From Camelus ferus (Eukaryota), in NCBI RefSeq assembly GCF_009834535.1, contig NC_045696.1, forward strand, positions 93,870,001 to 93,934,000: a DNA stretch of 64,000 bases. Reading direction: 5' to 3'. Positions 1-12,719 of the stretch are shown here, one piece after another. Both the position numbers and the translations under genes were made by a program. The notes under the pieces are model-generated. The model was not told the DNA's origin. It was given only the letters and a program-made list of their open reading frames with translations, and searched no databases. How positions within the stretch are numbered: the first letter of the stretch is position 1; each line of letters starts with the position of its first letter.

Positions 1-59
1 CTCGATTTTTTTTATTTACCACTATTTCCCCTTATAAATATAACATTCACTGGAAAAAA

Positions 60-432
60 AAGTTTATTTTGCACCTGGTATGTGTCAGGTACTAGGGTTG
101 CTAGCACTTAAGAGATACAGAATCCCTGTCCTCATAAAAGGACGGACACAGTAATTACAGACTGAGATCTTAAGGGAAAACACAACAACAAAACACGGGG
201 AGTCGGGGATGAGACGGGCGGGAGCCAGAGGTCTTTCCCGAGAGGTCACTGAAGCTGAACGCTGAAGGAAAAGAGGGAGTTAGCACCCAAATCAAAGGAA
301 TCAAGGGAGAACAGTGGTCCAGGCAGGCCGGGGTGAAAGCACGCAAGTTCTTACGGCCTGTGGATTATACCCTCGGTGCAAAGGGAAGCCACCAGCAGGC
401 TTCAGCAGAGGAGTGATATGGCCCAATTTACG
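60..432 (-). mobile_element. L2 LINE 3' region
   Basis: gcacctggtatgtgtcaggtact...tccctgtcctcat...aagggaagccaccagcaggcttcagcagaggagtgatatg. Confidence 0.7.
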
Positions 433-879
433 CTATGATCCCATGTGCTCTCCTCAAGGTATTTATTCAGTCCCTCAGTGATGAATCCTTAAACAGCTTT
501 CAACTGCTTAACAGCTATTCCAGGTTTGCAGGGTATACCCGTCTTCAGTTACAGCATATCTTTAGGTCTGAACAGTCTGCAGAGTTCACTGATGCAGGGA
601 CTGATGACTCCCCCGATCAAAGCTAGGAGCTGGAAATATCCTGGCTGGGCTTACGGGCAACTTGCACGTAAAATATCCTAAAAAGATTAAGACTGAGCAG
701 AACAAAATCCAATCTGGCAGCCATTGTTCAGGACATTTTTATGATTTCTCTCGAAGAATGTGTTCCTAGTTCCCAAATCTGTGCTCCCAGACTTGGTCTG
801 CTCCCTAAGCTCTACATCCTACTACCTGGAGGGTGTCTCTTCTTGGCTGTCCCACAGCCACCTCAAACTCAGAAAGGGA

Positions 880-1580
880 ATGACCAAACCTGCACACCAC
901 CTGCATCACCCCCCTCCCTGGCCCCACGTTCTCTCTGTCAGTAACCAATCCCAGCACCACCCACTTCCTTAAGCCAAAAAACCACCAGGTCCTCAGATGT
1001 CTCCCTCTCCTTTGTCCCCCACGTCCAAACGGTTCATAAAATCTCCTTAATGTCGCCATCCTGCCATCCATTCACAGTTTGCCCTGCCCCCCTGCACTCA
1101 GGCTCAAACCCCTCTCCCCTGATTATTGGTCTCCAAATTCCCTACCATCACTTCTGCCCTACCCTCCGCCGTCCTCCAAAGTAACACTCTCAGTCTTTCT
1201 AAGTTCAAATCTGATCATGAAACTCCTCAGCTTAAAATCCTGAAAAAGCCCCTCAAAGCAAGACCACTTAATTGATCCCTAAGCGCTCACTGATTTTATC
1301 CGGGGCCTCAGTCCTACCACATTTCTGGCCAAAGCACCACACTCTGTCCTGCCCCTCACAGTTTGCATGTGAGTTTCCATCTGCCTGAACACCCTTCACC
1401 CTACTCTGTCCCACGACTCATTATTATCTTCCTGTCTTTCAGGGGACTCATCTTGGGTACGACCTCTCTAAAAAGACTGGAGAGCAGAGATGGTGAGATT
1501 TCAAATTTGTAAGCTCAGAACCCAGCTCAGCACCCAGCTCAGCACCTAAGACGCAATGAACATTCAGCAAATGTTTCTGT
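880..1580 (+). mobile_element. L2 LINE fragment
   Basis: tctttctaagttcaaatctgatcatgaaactcctcagcttaaaatcc...gtttccatctgcctgaacacccttc...cattcagcaaatgttt. Confidence 0.7.
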
Positions 1581-2039
1581 GTAAACTGCCTTCAGAGATA
1601 ACTTAACAAGTCAATTAAAAAAAGTGGGGGGTGGGGGAAAATTCCTTTATAGTTATCCCACCTTAAAATGAAAGAGAAAAATGGCATTATCAAGTTTGGG
1701 TTAGCATCTTTATTTCCTAAACTTCTAAAAACCAATTCCATGAGCCACCACTCCAGAAGGCATACTGAAAACAAGAAAGTTCCCAAGATGTCTTAAGCAA
1801 TGAGATCATCAGTGGGCTCTATTTATTGACTATTTTGAAGGGACAAGCAGTAATTTGAATATGTGTGCTCGGGTGTATTTATTAAAATCAGTCTCAATAT
1901 ATTAAAGTTGTGCCTTCCTCCAGCATCTGTCAAAGCTTTATTAAATTTGGCTCACTGATTTTTTGTTTTAGGCCAAATGTACATGGCGGAAAAAAAGAGC
2001 TCCATCTCTCTCATGAAGAAATATAAATTTAAACAAAAA

Positions 2040-2715
2040 GACAGTATTTTCAATCTGTCATATAAAGATTAAAAGAATATTTGACGCTGGGGAGTGTGCA
2101 GTCAATAGACACTTAGAAATACTTCTGGTGGTGACAAACCCTGGGGAAACCCTTCTTGAAGGCACTTGGGGGCCTTTAAAACTTCCCTACCTTTTTTTCC
2201 CCAATAAACCCACTTCTAGAAACACATCGACAGAAATATCACACAAGCACAACCATTTATGTAAGGCAATATTCCAGGCAGCACTATTTGGAAGAGTAAA
2301 TGAAATGGGTACCATGTGAATCCATGTTTAAGTGTACACTTACACACCCTGCAAGGACTTGCAATAAAATGAGAATAGTCATTATCTTTAATAAGGTTAC
2401 TGATACATTTTATTTTCTCTTGTTTAAATTTTTCAATTTTTCTGTAATGGATACTTACTACTTTTTTAAAAAAACGTATTTTTTTCAACCTGAAGTGCAT
2501 TCTTTCAGAGCACGACTTAGAGAGAAAAATAAAAAATTAATTCCTCTCTTCCACACTCCTCTCCCTTCACCATCGGTAACCATGGTTGAAAGTTTGATGT
2601 GTCTGAGTCTGGGACTCTCCCTATGAACCGATGACGTGCACATGAATATAAACACACTTCATTATCTAGATGTCATCACACTGTTCTGCAAATTCATGTT
2701 CTTCACTTAACAATA
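2040..2715. mobile_element. Highly diverged ancient L1 (L1ME-like) fragments, probably in both orientations
   Basis: Degenerate L1 ORF2-end motifs (cttcttgaaggcacttgg, cccacttctagaaac) and 3' UTR motifs (ggtaaccatggttgaaagtttgatgtgt, cttcacttaacaata). Boundaries approximate. Confidence 0.5.
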
Positions 2716-3009
2716 CAGACTCGCAGACACAGTAAAACAATCTTATGGTTACCGGAGGAGAAAAGGGGTGAGAAGGGATGAATTTGGGAGTTCAAGATTT
2801 GCAAATACTAACCACTGTACATAAAAATAGATTAAAAAAACAAATTTCTTCTGTTTAGCACAGGGAGTTATTATATTATTACAATCTTTCAATAACTTTT
2901 AAGGAAAAAGAATAGGAAAACAAACATATGTATGTATATGCATGACTGGGACATTATGCTGTAAACCAGAGACTGACACACTGTAACTGACCACAGTTTA
3001 AAAAAAAAA
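2716..3009 (+). mobile_element. Younger L1 3' UTR fragment (cetartiodactyl/camelid type)
   Basis: acagactcgcagacacagtaaaacaatcttatggttacc...agcacaggga...gactgacacactgtaactgac plus poly(A). Homologous to the copies at 12720, 38132 and 42257. Confidence 0.85.
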
Positions 3010-3822
3010 TATGTATATATATATATCTTAGAGATCTTTTCATGCTAATACATCTATATCTACCTCTTCGTAAACAGCTGAAGCAATAAGTTACAGGAAA
3101 AGATCAGAGAGAACTTGGCGATGAGAAGGAAAGCTTGTAACTTAATACTATCTCCAAATACAAGCAGAATTTTTATGAGGTGAGAGTTAAAGCAGTTATT
3201 CTCTTTCCATAGGAGAGTAAACAGAAGAACACAGCAGGGAAGATGTCATTGGCATAAGACACCATCTCTTGTCCACCACTCCTTATAAACCAGACACCAC
3301 TTTGCACAAGCTGAACTATCAGATTCCCTGGAAATTTCCCTCCCCCTGGGTCCGCCCCAGCATGTGAGCAGAAAATCAGGAAGCAAACACGTTTCAGTTA
3401 ATAGAAACATCTCTCGTTTTTCACTTGTTTGACTAGGTCAATAAGTTTCCAAAAGTCCCAAATTCAGTAAGTTGTCACCATCATTTCAGCATCACATTTG
3501 AGCCATTTCACCGAAATATTATTCACACTATGCAAAGAAATTTCATTAGCATCCTAATTACCAAAAAGGATATTACTCATTTTTTCTAAGAATGAATAAT
3601 TATCTAGACAGACTTGCCCAAGGGCCTTAAGTGCAGTCTGGTTCTAAAAACTGGGGCCTCAACACACAAAGTTTCACTCCCTAAAATAAATACTAGGAAC
3701 TCTCAATTTCCTTCATTTCAGATCAAACAAACAAGTGAAATTTTGCATTTTGATTGTGAATCATAAATGCTATATATACACAATCTTTCTGTTACAAATA
3801 CAGAATCTATAAAACCCCATCT

Positions 3823-3957
3823 GGAGGGCAGGGTATAGCTCAGTGGTAGAGCATGTGCTTAGCATGAATGAGGTCCCAGGTTCACTCCCCAGTATCTCTA
3901 TCAAAAAATAAATAAATAAAAATAAATAAACCTAATTACCCCCCCCCCCAAAAAAAA
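3823..3957 (+). mobile_element. Camelid tRNA-Ala-derived SINE (Vic-1-like), long-tailed form
   Basis: A box TAGCTCAGTGG (3836-3846), AGC anticodon-like loop, B box GGTTCACTCCC (3879-3889), (AAAT)n tail, CCTAATTACC plus C-run and A-run. TSD AAAACCCCATC / AAAACCCATC. Confidence 0.9.
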
Positions 3958-4613
3958 CCCATCAGTACATTCACAAATGAAGAAGGTGAATCCCTGAGCT
4001 AGCTATTTTGATGAACTCAGTTCCCTGGAACGCTAGGAGACTGGGGAATAATTCTGATATTCACGACCCCTGCTTAAGAGAGAGAAAGAGATGCTGCCCT
4101 ATGGAGACAAAAAAGTGTCACTGGGACGCACTTCCTCACAGAGGGTCCTTCATAAAGTACGCGTCAAGCTAAGGCAGTTACAGTGCATTTTTGCGGCCTT
4201 ACCTAAAAGCACCAGTGTCCAATCAAGTGGACCAGGGATGTCTGAAGGGACATAGCATTCTCCTGTCACTGGGACGTGAAATTCTCAAAAAAATTAAGTA
4301 TCATTGCCAGTCCAACTCAACAACCAACTCCTACTACCTTCCTCCTTTCTCTTCTCTGTGAATTCTTTTCCAGCTTCTCAGAAACAACCAAACAAACTTT
4401 GACACACTCTCTTTCATGTCCGAGGCTCAAACTTCTCTCCTAAAGACCCTCCCCTCCCCAAAAGGATTTGGGGTCCTGGAGAAGAGACCCAGAGGCAGTA
4501 GGACCTTAGATAACGTCACACCTGTTGGGCTAAGTTTCTTCACTTAGTGTTTCCTAAAGTGAGATATGCAGACTGCTGATGGAGCAGGCGATGCATTTAA
4601 CGGGTTGACAGAT

Positions 4614-4955
4614 TGCTATGGGTTTGAGTGTTTGTATCCACCCCAAAATACATGTTGAAATCTTAACCCCCAAAGTTGATGGTATTAGGAAGTGGGGACT
4701 TCGGGAGGTGCTCAAAGCCGTGAGGATGCAGCCCTCACTAATGGGACTAGTGCTTTACCCTTGCTCCCTTCAGCTGTGTGAGGCTACAAGGGGAAATCTG
4801 CAACGTGGCAGGAAGAGGGTGCTCAGCTGACCGTGGTGGCACCTTGATCTTGGACTTCCAGCCTCCAGGACGGTGAGGAATAAATTTCTGTTGTTTATAA
4901 GCCACCCCATCTGTGGTGCGGTGTTTGGCTCTAGCAGCCCAAATGAACCAAGATG
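4614..4955 (+). mobile_element. MaLR solo LTR (MLT1A-like)
   Basis: Starts TGCTATGG. Contains ccccaaaatacatgttgaaatcttaaccccc and accttgatcttggacttccagcctccag...aataaatttctgttgtttataagccaccc. 5-bp TSD CAGAT/CAGAC. Confidence 0.9.
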
Positions 4956-5189
4956 CAGACAAACTTATTTTTAATATAAAAATGTATGTTAGAAAAATAA
5001 ACAACTAGCTCATAAAACCCATGACTTTGTATTTATGATTGGCAAGGATGAGGATAAGTAAAATAGTCCATTTAAAGTTGCTTAAAAGAAACAGTACTTT
5101 TCACAGTAAAGTGGTACAAAGACATCCCAAACTCAGAGGTGGTAGGTACGCACCTTCGAGATGTTTAGGAAGCGCCTGGTGCGATCATC

Positions 5190-5950
5190 AGCTTTGCTCC
5201 CCTGGGCCTGGCCCTGTCTCCAGTTCCAGTCTCTCCACTGACCTCCTGACCCGGGTATCCTCTAGGGATCTCAGTTACAACACATCCAAAGTGGAGCCAT
5301 CAGCTTCCCCCTGTGCATCTACTCCAGAGATAAATAAGCGTATCCATCTGGCCACCCAAGCCAGAAACTTTCTGCCTTGAATTCTGTCCACATATATGCC
5401 CATCCAGATGATCTCCAGGCCCACCTCCCCAGAGTTGCAGCTTTGCTTCCCTCCATCTTACTATCGCATCAGCGTAGACCACTGGCATCTCTGGCCTGAC
5501 CAATTATACAGGCCTCGTAACTGCGCCCTAGCCCCACGGCCATCCTCACAGCTTCCACATCACCCCAGGACAAGGTCCACAGCCCCCTAACTCGGCTCCT
5601 TAGTGCACTCTCTCCTGGACTGGGCTCTAGTCACGTTAACAACAGTCCAGCTCTCCCAATTCTACCAGCGCGTTTCTGCCTCTGGGTCTCTACGAACACC
5701 TGAGACCCTCTTCCCCCCGTCCCGGGCCCACGGCTACTCTTGCTGCAGGTTTCAACTGCAGTTACTATGTCCTTCTCTTTCATGTCACTCACCAACCTTT
5801 ACTGTAATTCTTATTTAATGTCTGCCTTCCCCTGCACACGGCGCATTCCATGAGGGCTGTAACCACATCCGTCTTATTCATCCCCATATTTTCAGGGGCT
5901 GGCACTGCAGTTGATACTTAATAAATATTTGGTGAATGAGAGAATAAATA
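5190..5950 (+). mobile_element. L2 LINE fragment
   Basis: ccatctggccacccaagccagaaac...ttccatgagggctgtaaccac...gtcttattcatcccc...cttaataaatatttggtgaatgagagaat (L2 3' tail). Confidence 0.75.
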
Positions 5951-6172
5951 AACAGCTATTCAGACACCAAAAGAAAATAAGATATCTAAAGGCCCTTAAG
6001 CCAAGACTACCTGAAATGGTAAAAATGCCAATTTCATTTGAGTACAGCAAACATTATTTTGTTTTTTCAGCCACCTAAGGAATGGTGTGCAAACAGCTGT
6101 GAGAAGCTACCAGTTTTCAGCATCAAACCCGGGTATGTTCTCTTCAGAGGTGTATGAGTGGTTCACAGTTAC

Positions 6173-6247
6173 CTTGCCTACTTCCTTCAAGGCCCTTTTG
6201 CAGACTTCATACTTTGGAGAGTCCTTAGGTGTCTTTTGACAGATGGT
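6173..6247 (-). CDS. ARHGEF26: ARHGEF26 coding exon (75 nt, phase 0-0), DH domain C-terminal part
   Basis: Acceptor tactttattgcag|ACC, donor AAG|gtaact. Encodes TICQKTPKDSPKYEVCKRALKEVGK. It is absent from the ORF track and was found by reading the minus strand. Confidence 0.95.
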
Positions 6248-6454
6248 CTGCAATAAAGTAAAAGAAGAGCAAAGTCAATTGATTTGTTGTACTAAGTAAA
6301 ATAAAACCAATGCCCAGCCATATACTTTAGCAAGCATAACAACACTGAACACAGTATTACGGATGAGTATAAATATGACATTAAAATCCAATTACAGAAT
6401 TAGGAAATAGTCTTTTTAAATGAAGGGGTTCCACGTAAATCCAGGAGATGGCTA

Positions 6455-6700
6455 ATTAAGAGGAGAGACTTCACAAGTGGGTAAACTTGGTTTCAAATCC
6501 TGTATCTGTTCCTTACTAGCTATGTGACCTCGGGCAAACCACCTACCCCGCCTCTATAAGCGTCAGTTTCCTCATCAGTAAAATTAGGGTAATGCCAACA
6601 ATGTCACAAGGCTGTTGCAAGGGTTCGATGGTAATGCATGCAAAGTTCTTTATGAGTGCCTGGCATATAGTAGGCCCTCAATGAATGACAAAATTACTTT
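6455..6700 (+). mobile_element. MIR SINE
   Basis: Core ttcaaatcc...cttactagctatgtgacctcgggcaa...tcagtttcctcatcagtaaaattaggg...gtgcctggcatatagtaggccctcaat. Confidence 0.88.
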
Positions 6701-6883
6701 AATTACCACCATCATCATCATTATTACTAGAGGTTATTATATTTGTAGATGATATGATATGAATAAAAAGATCAAGAAAAATGGCTACTGGGTTTTCTTT
6801 TGATATGTTTATAGTGCAGTTTTTCTGATGGTAAAATTGAGTTCAAAGAGGGCCAAATGAAGGTATATCCAATTATAACTTTT

Positions 6884-7037
6884 TTTAAATTTTTCTTTTT
6901 TTTTTTTTTTTTTTGGAGGAAGAGGGAGGTGATTAGGTTTATTTATTTATTCAGCTTTAGAGGAGGTACTGGGGATTGAACCCAGGACCTCATGCATGCT
7001 AAGCATGCGCTCTACCACTTGAGATATACCCTCCCCC
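6884..7037 (-). mobile_element. Camelid tRNA-derived SINE (Vic-1-like), long-tailed form
   Basis: Reverse complement of the same head (GGGGAGGGTATATCTCAAGTGGTAGAG...GGTTCAATCCCCAG), with a T-run tail on the plus strand. Flanks AATTATAACTTT / AATTACGTATAACTTTT. Confidence 0.9.
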
Positions 7038-7384
7038 AATTACGTATAACTTTTGAAACTACACCCACTCAAAGCCAAGAGAACCATTTCAATTGTTAAC
7101 AATGTTCACCTCCATAGACAAATTTCACTAAATCTCCAAATGAAGTAAAACTGAAGGAGACCATGTTTTAAGTACATTTAGATTCTGCCTGAGTGGCCAG
7201 ATTCGCACACATGGGAAACAGACTAGGGCAGCAGGCATCAAGCAGAGGTAGAAGGGGCTGGGAACTAGCAAACCACTGGTACCGTAAATGCAGACGAGCA
7301 CCAGCCTATCGATCCAAAAGTCAGGTGTCAGGATTGTTACGTGTGACAGGAGACTCACAGAGTGTACCATCAGTGAGTTTATAC

Positions 7385-7618
7385 TGATGGTTCTCAAAAT
7401 TTTTTGACCATGACCCACTGTAAGAAATACATTTACACTGCAACCAGTACACATGCACACAAAAAACGAAACAAGTTTTTAATGAAATACTATTTAACCA
7501 CATTACGAACTGTGTACATATCATATACCACTCATTCTACACTATTTCACTTTTTTAAAACACAGCTCAGGATTCAAAAATCAATTTCATGGGTATGAAA
7601 GGAGTTTGGGAAAATACT
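7385..7618 (+). mobile_element. hAT-Charlie MITE (Charlie18a-like)
   Basis: ggttctcaaaattttttgaccatgacccactgtaagaaatacatttacac...gagtttgggaaaatact. Related inverted copy at 61640-61890. Confidence 0.65.
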
Positions 7619-8634
7619 CACTCTTGTCTGAGGGCAGGCATCCTGAGTCCACAGTGTCTTTGCACATTTTAATTTTTATGTAAAATTTTGCACATAATGA
7701 ATTTTCTAGGGAGAATGGCTGCAGCTTGACTCACAAGCTCAGAAAGGTCTCTGACCCCAAAAAGTTGACAGCCCCCTAGGTCATCACAGCATAAACCTCC
7801 AACATGGTACACAGACACATACGTGAGATTTTGCGAGTCCTGATCTAGCTAAGCGATTTCCTCAAAACTAAAAAGGGAGAGACTATATAAAAGGCTGAGT
7901 GATCATAGCACATACAGAATCAAAGGAAACACAGTGAAAACATGTTCTCAGAAGAAGAAAAAGAAAGAACCGTGAAAATTCAGAACTTTACAAGAAATGC
8001 TACATTTAGAAAGCAACCATTTCTTGTAAAAAAAATAGTTAAAGTTTGAATTAGTATTTCCCTATGTGGATGGAAGCTTCACTATTTGTACAAATGTCTT
8101 TGAAGTTACACGAAATAAACTTTACAGCCAAAACTTTGCTTTTATAACCTGGCTGCATTCTATTCTTAGACATGATAAAATATCGATTAAAAAAATAAAT
8201 CAGGGCTAGATTTTCAAAATGGCAAGTTTCCCAGTACTAGGAGAGAAGTTCCTAAATTACAGGTGAGGGACAAGGAAGGGTGTAAAGGTAGTAGACTGAG
8301 GTGAACCTGGAGCAGCAGGTGCTGTGAATTCTGAAATGATCACCAAAACTCCCCCAAACCCTACAGCAGAGCCAACCAAGTGACCATGATCACACGATTT
8401 TACTCATTTCAAAATTTCACTGTTTCTTTAGAGTATCTCTTCGAATTTATAATGGAAGATGGAAAAAAATTCATTTTGTAAACTTACTCAATCATAATTT
8501 TTTGCTGTATTTTTTATCCTATGTTTTGATTTGTAAAAATCAAGTATGTTTAAAATGACATTATATTAACATTATGATCCAATTTTAAAGTAGAACTATG
8601 CCAAAATATTTTCACTTGACCAAAAAGACACTCT

Positions 8635-9289
8635 CTGAGCTACCATATGACCCAACATTTCCATTTCTGAGCATGTATCCAGAAAAGACAAAAACTCTAA
8701 TTTGAAAAGACATATGCACCCTAATGTTCAGAGAAGCACTATTTAGAATAGCCAAGATATGGAAAAAACCCAAATACCCATCAACAGATGACTACTTTAA
8801 GAAGATGTGATATAGATATACAATGAAACATTACTCAGACATAAAAACGAATGAAACACTGCCATTTGCAGCAACATGGATGGACCTAGAGATTATTATA
8901 CTAAGTGAGGTAAGCCAGACAGAGAAAGACAAATACTATATGATATCACTTAAATGTGGAATCTAAAAAAATTAATACAAATGAATCTATGTACAAAATA
9001 GAAACAGACTGACAGACATAGAAAACAAACTTATGGTTACCAAAGGGGAAAGGGAGGCGAGGGAGGGATAAGTTAGGAGTTTGGGATTAATAGATACAAA
9101 CTACTATACATAAAACAGATAAGCAACAAGGTTTACTGTATAACACAGGGAACAATATCCAATATCTTGTAATAAACTATAATGGAAAAGAATCTGAAAA
9201 TATACACACACACATATATATAACTGAATCACTTTGCTGTACACCTGAAACTAACACAACATTGTAAATCAACAATACTTCAATTGAAA
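8635..9289 (+). mobile_element. 5'-truncated L1 (ORF2 end plus 3' UTR) with TSD
   Basis: gagctaccatatgacccaac...gccatttgcagcaacatggatggacctagag...A-tail. TSD AAAAAGACACTCT (8622-8634) / AAAAAGTCACTCT (9290-9302). Confidence 0.92.
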
Positions 9290-9654
9290 AAAAAGTCACT
9301 CTTTGGCCCACTAGCTGGATGGCAGGGGTTATGTCAGCCGCCCCATCCCTCATGGCGGCCAGTGCAGGTCCAGCCCAGGCAGTGTGCAGCTCTCCTGACC
9401 CCCCGCCTGGCTGTCCTCTCAACTGTGTCTCCCACCAGGCAGTCTCTCGTCTTCTCCCAGCCACGTCTCTATTCTAAATCAAATACTCGTTTTCTTCATG
9501 AACGTTCTGTAACATAAGAAGGATGCCAGACTTCCTCACTCATTTTGAGCAACGCAAAATAAGGCAAGTGGATGCCTGGTGATGCTGAAGAGGGTCTCCT
9601 TCCCGTGTGAAGAGGAAGCACCTCAGCATCTTGGGACATTACAGGAAAAGGATT

Positions 9655-9760
9655 TTAGTGATCAACCAGAGGAAACTGAGGCCCAAAGAGGCTAAGTTCT
9701 TGCCCAAGGTCACACGCATAGTGGCTCAGGCAGAAAAGGAATCCAGGACTCTTGACTTCT
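9655..9760 (-). mobile_element. MIR fragment
   Basis: gaggaaactgaggcccaaagaggctaagttcttgcccaaggtcacac. Confidence 0.85.
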
Positions 9761-10035
9761 ACAAGTCAATATTGTTCCCATTTCAAAAAATGTTGAGTAA
9801 GTGGCAGAAGTAATCTAACTTCTTTAGAGCGACCACAAAAGCCTAAATTGAAGACAATTTCCAAACATACCAGTGAGACACAAGTAGGGTTTTCTAACCG
9901 AACAGCACCTTCTCACTTAATTGGGGGAATTTTATGGAAGAGATATAATTTAAGTGGAATAAGAATAATTTTCTTAATCAGATTTCTGGCAGCACAGCTA
10001 TCCCCAGAGAAAAGAGACACCAGATCACATCTTAC

Positions 10036-10165
10036 GTCCATCAGCAGGGGAAGGCGGGTCACCCTCTGCATGGGGAGAATGAGAAAAGAGATCATGGGTA
10101 AGTTCCTACAGTCTTCATGGGACTCGATTCGGGACAAAACTTCCTTAAAAGATGGGTTGGTGGCT
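10036..10165 (-). CDS. ARHGEF26: ARHGEF26 coding exon (130 nt, phase 2-0), DH domain CR3 region
   Basis: Acceptor ctttttcctcag|A, donor GAC|gtaaga. Encodes [43 protein letters not shown], with the DH signature [14 protein letters not shown]. Confidence 0.97.
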
Positions 10166-11309
10166 CTGAGGAAAAAGAAAGAAAGAAAAAAACTTCAAAA
10201 CACTTCCTCTTCAAGTTAAAAAGCAAATAAAAATGTATTATAAAATATTGTGATAAATTCATGTGTTATCAATGATTTTTAAATATATAAACAATGTGAA
10301 CACACGATGACGTAGGTAGACAAGGACGGCTTGTCCACCTTTTATAGTCAAGACTGAATATAAGACGAGTTTAGGGTACCAATCTGAACAGTAAGATGGA
10401 AATGTGTGAGCTAGAAATTTTTAGAAGTAGAAAGTAAACAAATGAAGAAGTAATGGTATCTTAACGGTGAATGTGTATATTATAAATTATTATACAGACT
10501 AGATCTCATATCTGATCATCTACAAACATTTCATTAAAAAAGACAGCAAATATGTTTTAAGCCACTTCTCCAGCTCTAGATAATAATCTAAGAAAGAAAT
10601 GTCAAAATGAATTTACTTACTAGGAGGCTTTTGGACTCTTTCAAAGCTTCTAAGACAGAAAACCTTTTGACCATGTTGGTCAGAACATTCCTCCTCTCCC
10701 AGTGACATTAGAACAGTGATAATACTGCCACAATATTTGTATGGAATTGTAAGATACACCGGCACAAAGGATCTCATGTGGAACCACCCATGTAACTTTT
10801 AAGGAAGGCTGAGGCGATTCCAGTAAGAATGGAGCCTCAGAAAAGTCCCCAACTTGCCAAATAACAGGCCTAGTATTCGGTAAAGACAGAAGTCAAACTA
10901 AGGTCTTCCGACTTTCAGCAGGAGACCTGAGACTGCATCTCTCACCTCACTTCACCCCAAGGGCAAGGTGGAGGTAGAGTCCCCGTGCGACCTGCAAGGA
11001 GAAGGTGGGGAGGGGATGGCCCTGGGCTCTGTAATCCCACGATGGGGGGCAGGGGAGGGCCAAGAAGCAGGGTATAGTGGCAACTGTAACTTTAAAAAAA
11101 AAAAAAAAAAAAAAAACTTTGAAACTTAGATGGTTTCCTTCAAGGCTGCTAGAAATAAATTAGGAAATACCCAGAATAGCAAATTAAAAGAAAGCACATA
11201 AAAATGTTTTCAATTTCACTTTCTCAAATTGAGGAGTTTTAAAGTTTCCTTTCCTGCTGGCTTTGAAAAGATGCTTAGGAAGTTGGGGTGAAAAAAATCA
11301 AATTCCAAC

Positions 11310-11460
11310 CCAGCTGCATATTTAAATCACTTAGGTCCCAGGTACCCTCCTCCCCTCAACCCCTCACCCGCAAAGATTCTGATGAAATAGTCTGGGACAG
11401 ATCCTGGGCATTGTTTGTTTGTTTCGATTCCCTAGAGTTTCCAAAGTGTAGCTGAAATTC
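11310..11460. mobile_element. MER5-type fragment
   Basis: gctgcatatttaaatcactt...agattctgatgaaatagtctgggacagatcctgggcattg. Confidence 0.55.
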
Positions 11461-11734
11461 ACCGCCTTAAACTTAAACTCACATCAACTGCAACAAAGCT
11501 CATGAAAACACAACTGCTAATTTCCATGTGAAAGCTCAAATGATGGTATCATTGAGCCAACCGAAATAAAGCCTTTATTTCTTAAGAGTCACATAATGTG
11601 CAGCAGTACCTATTCACATTTTTTTTCAATCCTGCAAAACAAAATGAAATTTAGCTCTAATTGAAGGCTTTTCTTTCTTCAAGGCATATATGTAACTTGG
11701 ATTTTCTAACAGTTACAGAGTAATAACCTGTACA

Positions 11735-11960
11735 TCAGGTGTTCCCATCCTGGGTAGGGAGTTAGAGAAAGTGACCGGTCTGATTCTCCACCTCTCTCCC
11801 CCGCAAGGGGTATCGGACAATGTCTGGAGACATTTTTGGTCACCATAACTGGGATGAGGTGGTGCCACCAGCATCTAGTGGGCAGAGGCCAGGGATGCTG
11901 TCAAACACGCTACAACGCACAGGGCAGCCCCCGTAATAAAGACTTGTCCAGCCCCAAATC
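11735..11960 (+). mobile_element. MER20 hAT-Charlie MITE
   Basis: caatgtctggagacatttttggtcaccataactggg...gcatctagtgggcagaggccagggatgctg...acagggcagccccc...tccagccccaaat. Confidence 0.88.
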
Positions 11961-12719
11961 GATACGGCTTCATACGAATCATCTCATCTGGGCTGGGCAG
12001 CTGTGGGTTTTCCACCCTGCTTATACTAGATTTTGATGAGGGTGTGGAGAGGGAAGGGGCATAATCAGCCCTTCTCTCCAACTACGGGGCTGTTTCTCCC
12101 AGCAGTCCTGAAGTAACGATCGTCAGCCCCGACCCCTCCATGGGGTCTCACGTGTGCATTGAAGCTGACCTGGGGTGCATGCTATGGTCCCTCATGGTGG
12201 GGTGAGGGGGGGACGAGAATGTTAACAGCCAGTGAGCCCTCAGACTGAGTTTACAGCAAATGCACAACTGTACTGCAGAACAAATAGCTCCTTGTGATCA
12301 ACAAGGGCCCCGAAAATAAAACAATATAGATATTACTGAACCACTGTTGACTCTTTTAAGGACAGAGATGGTATATATATCACACTAAAACTCTCAGTAA
12401 CCTAAAGACAACAACAGGAAAAGGTGTGGAGGGAAATTTAAAGCTTAATTCTGTTTTGTTTTGTAATTAAAGCCTTGAAGAATTAAAAAAAACAAACTGC
12501 TTTCCTCTAGAATTTCCCTGCTCACCTCACCCTTCATGACCCCTCAGGGAAATCAGCAATTCCTATAAACAACCGCACAGAGTTGTCGCTGGAGTGGACA
12601 AGATCAGAACACGAGAGGAAACTCTGGACCCCAGGCACTAGCTCAGCCTACTCAACTCTCTTGGCCTCAGGCAGACTACTTGATGGCCAGCTAACTGCTT
12701 AGAAAACAACCTTCTCAAA

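Noticed and set aside
3828..3897. tRNA-Ala(AGC)-like sequence
   Set aside because: It has an A-rich tail, a TSD and three diverged relatives in the window, so it is a SINE head and not a tRNA gene.
4194..4215. Minus-strand cttttag|gtaagg recursive-splice-like junction
   Set aside because: The pyrimidine tract is very short, making it much weaker than the 48228 candidate.
9848..10219. 123-aa plus-strand ORF
   Set aside because: Antisense shadow of the real ARHGEF26 exon at 10036-10165, with a non-ATG start and no recognisable domain.
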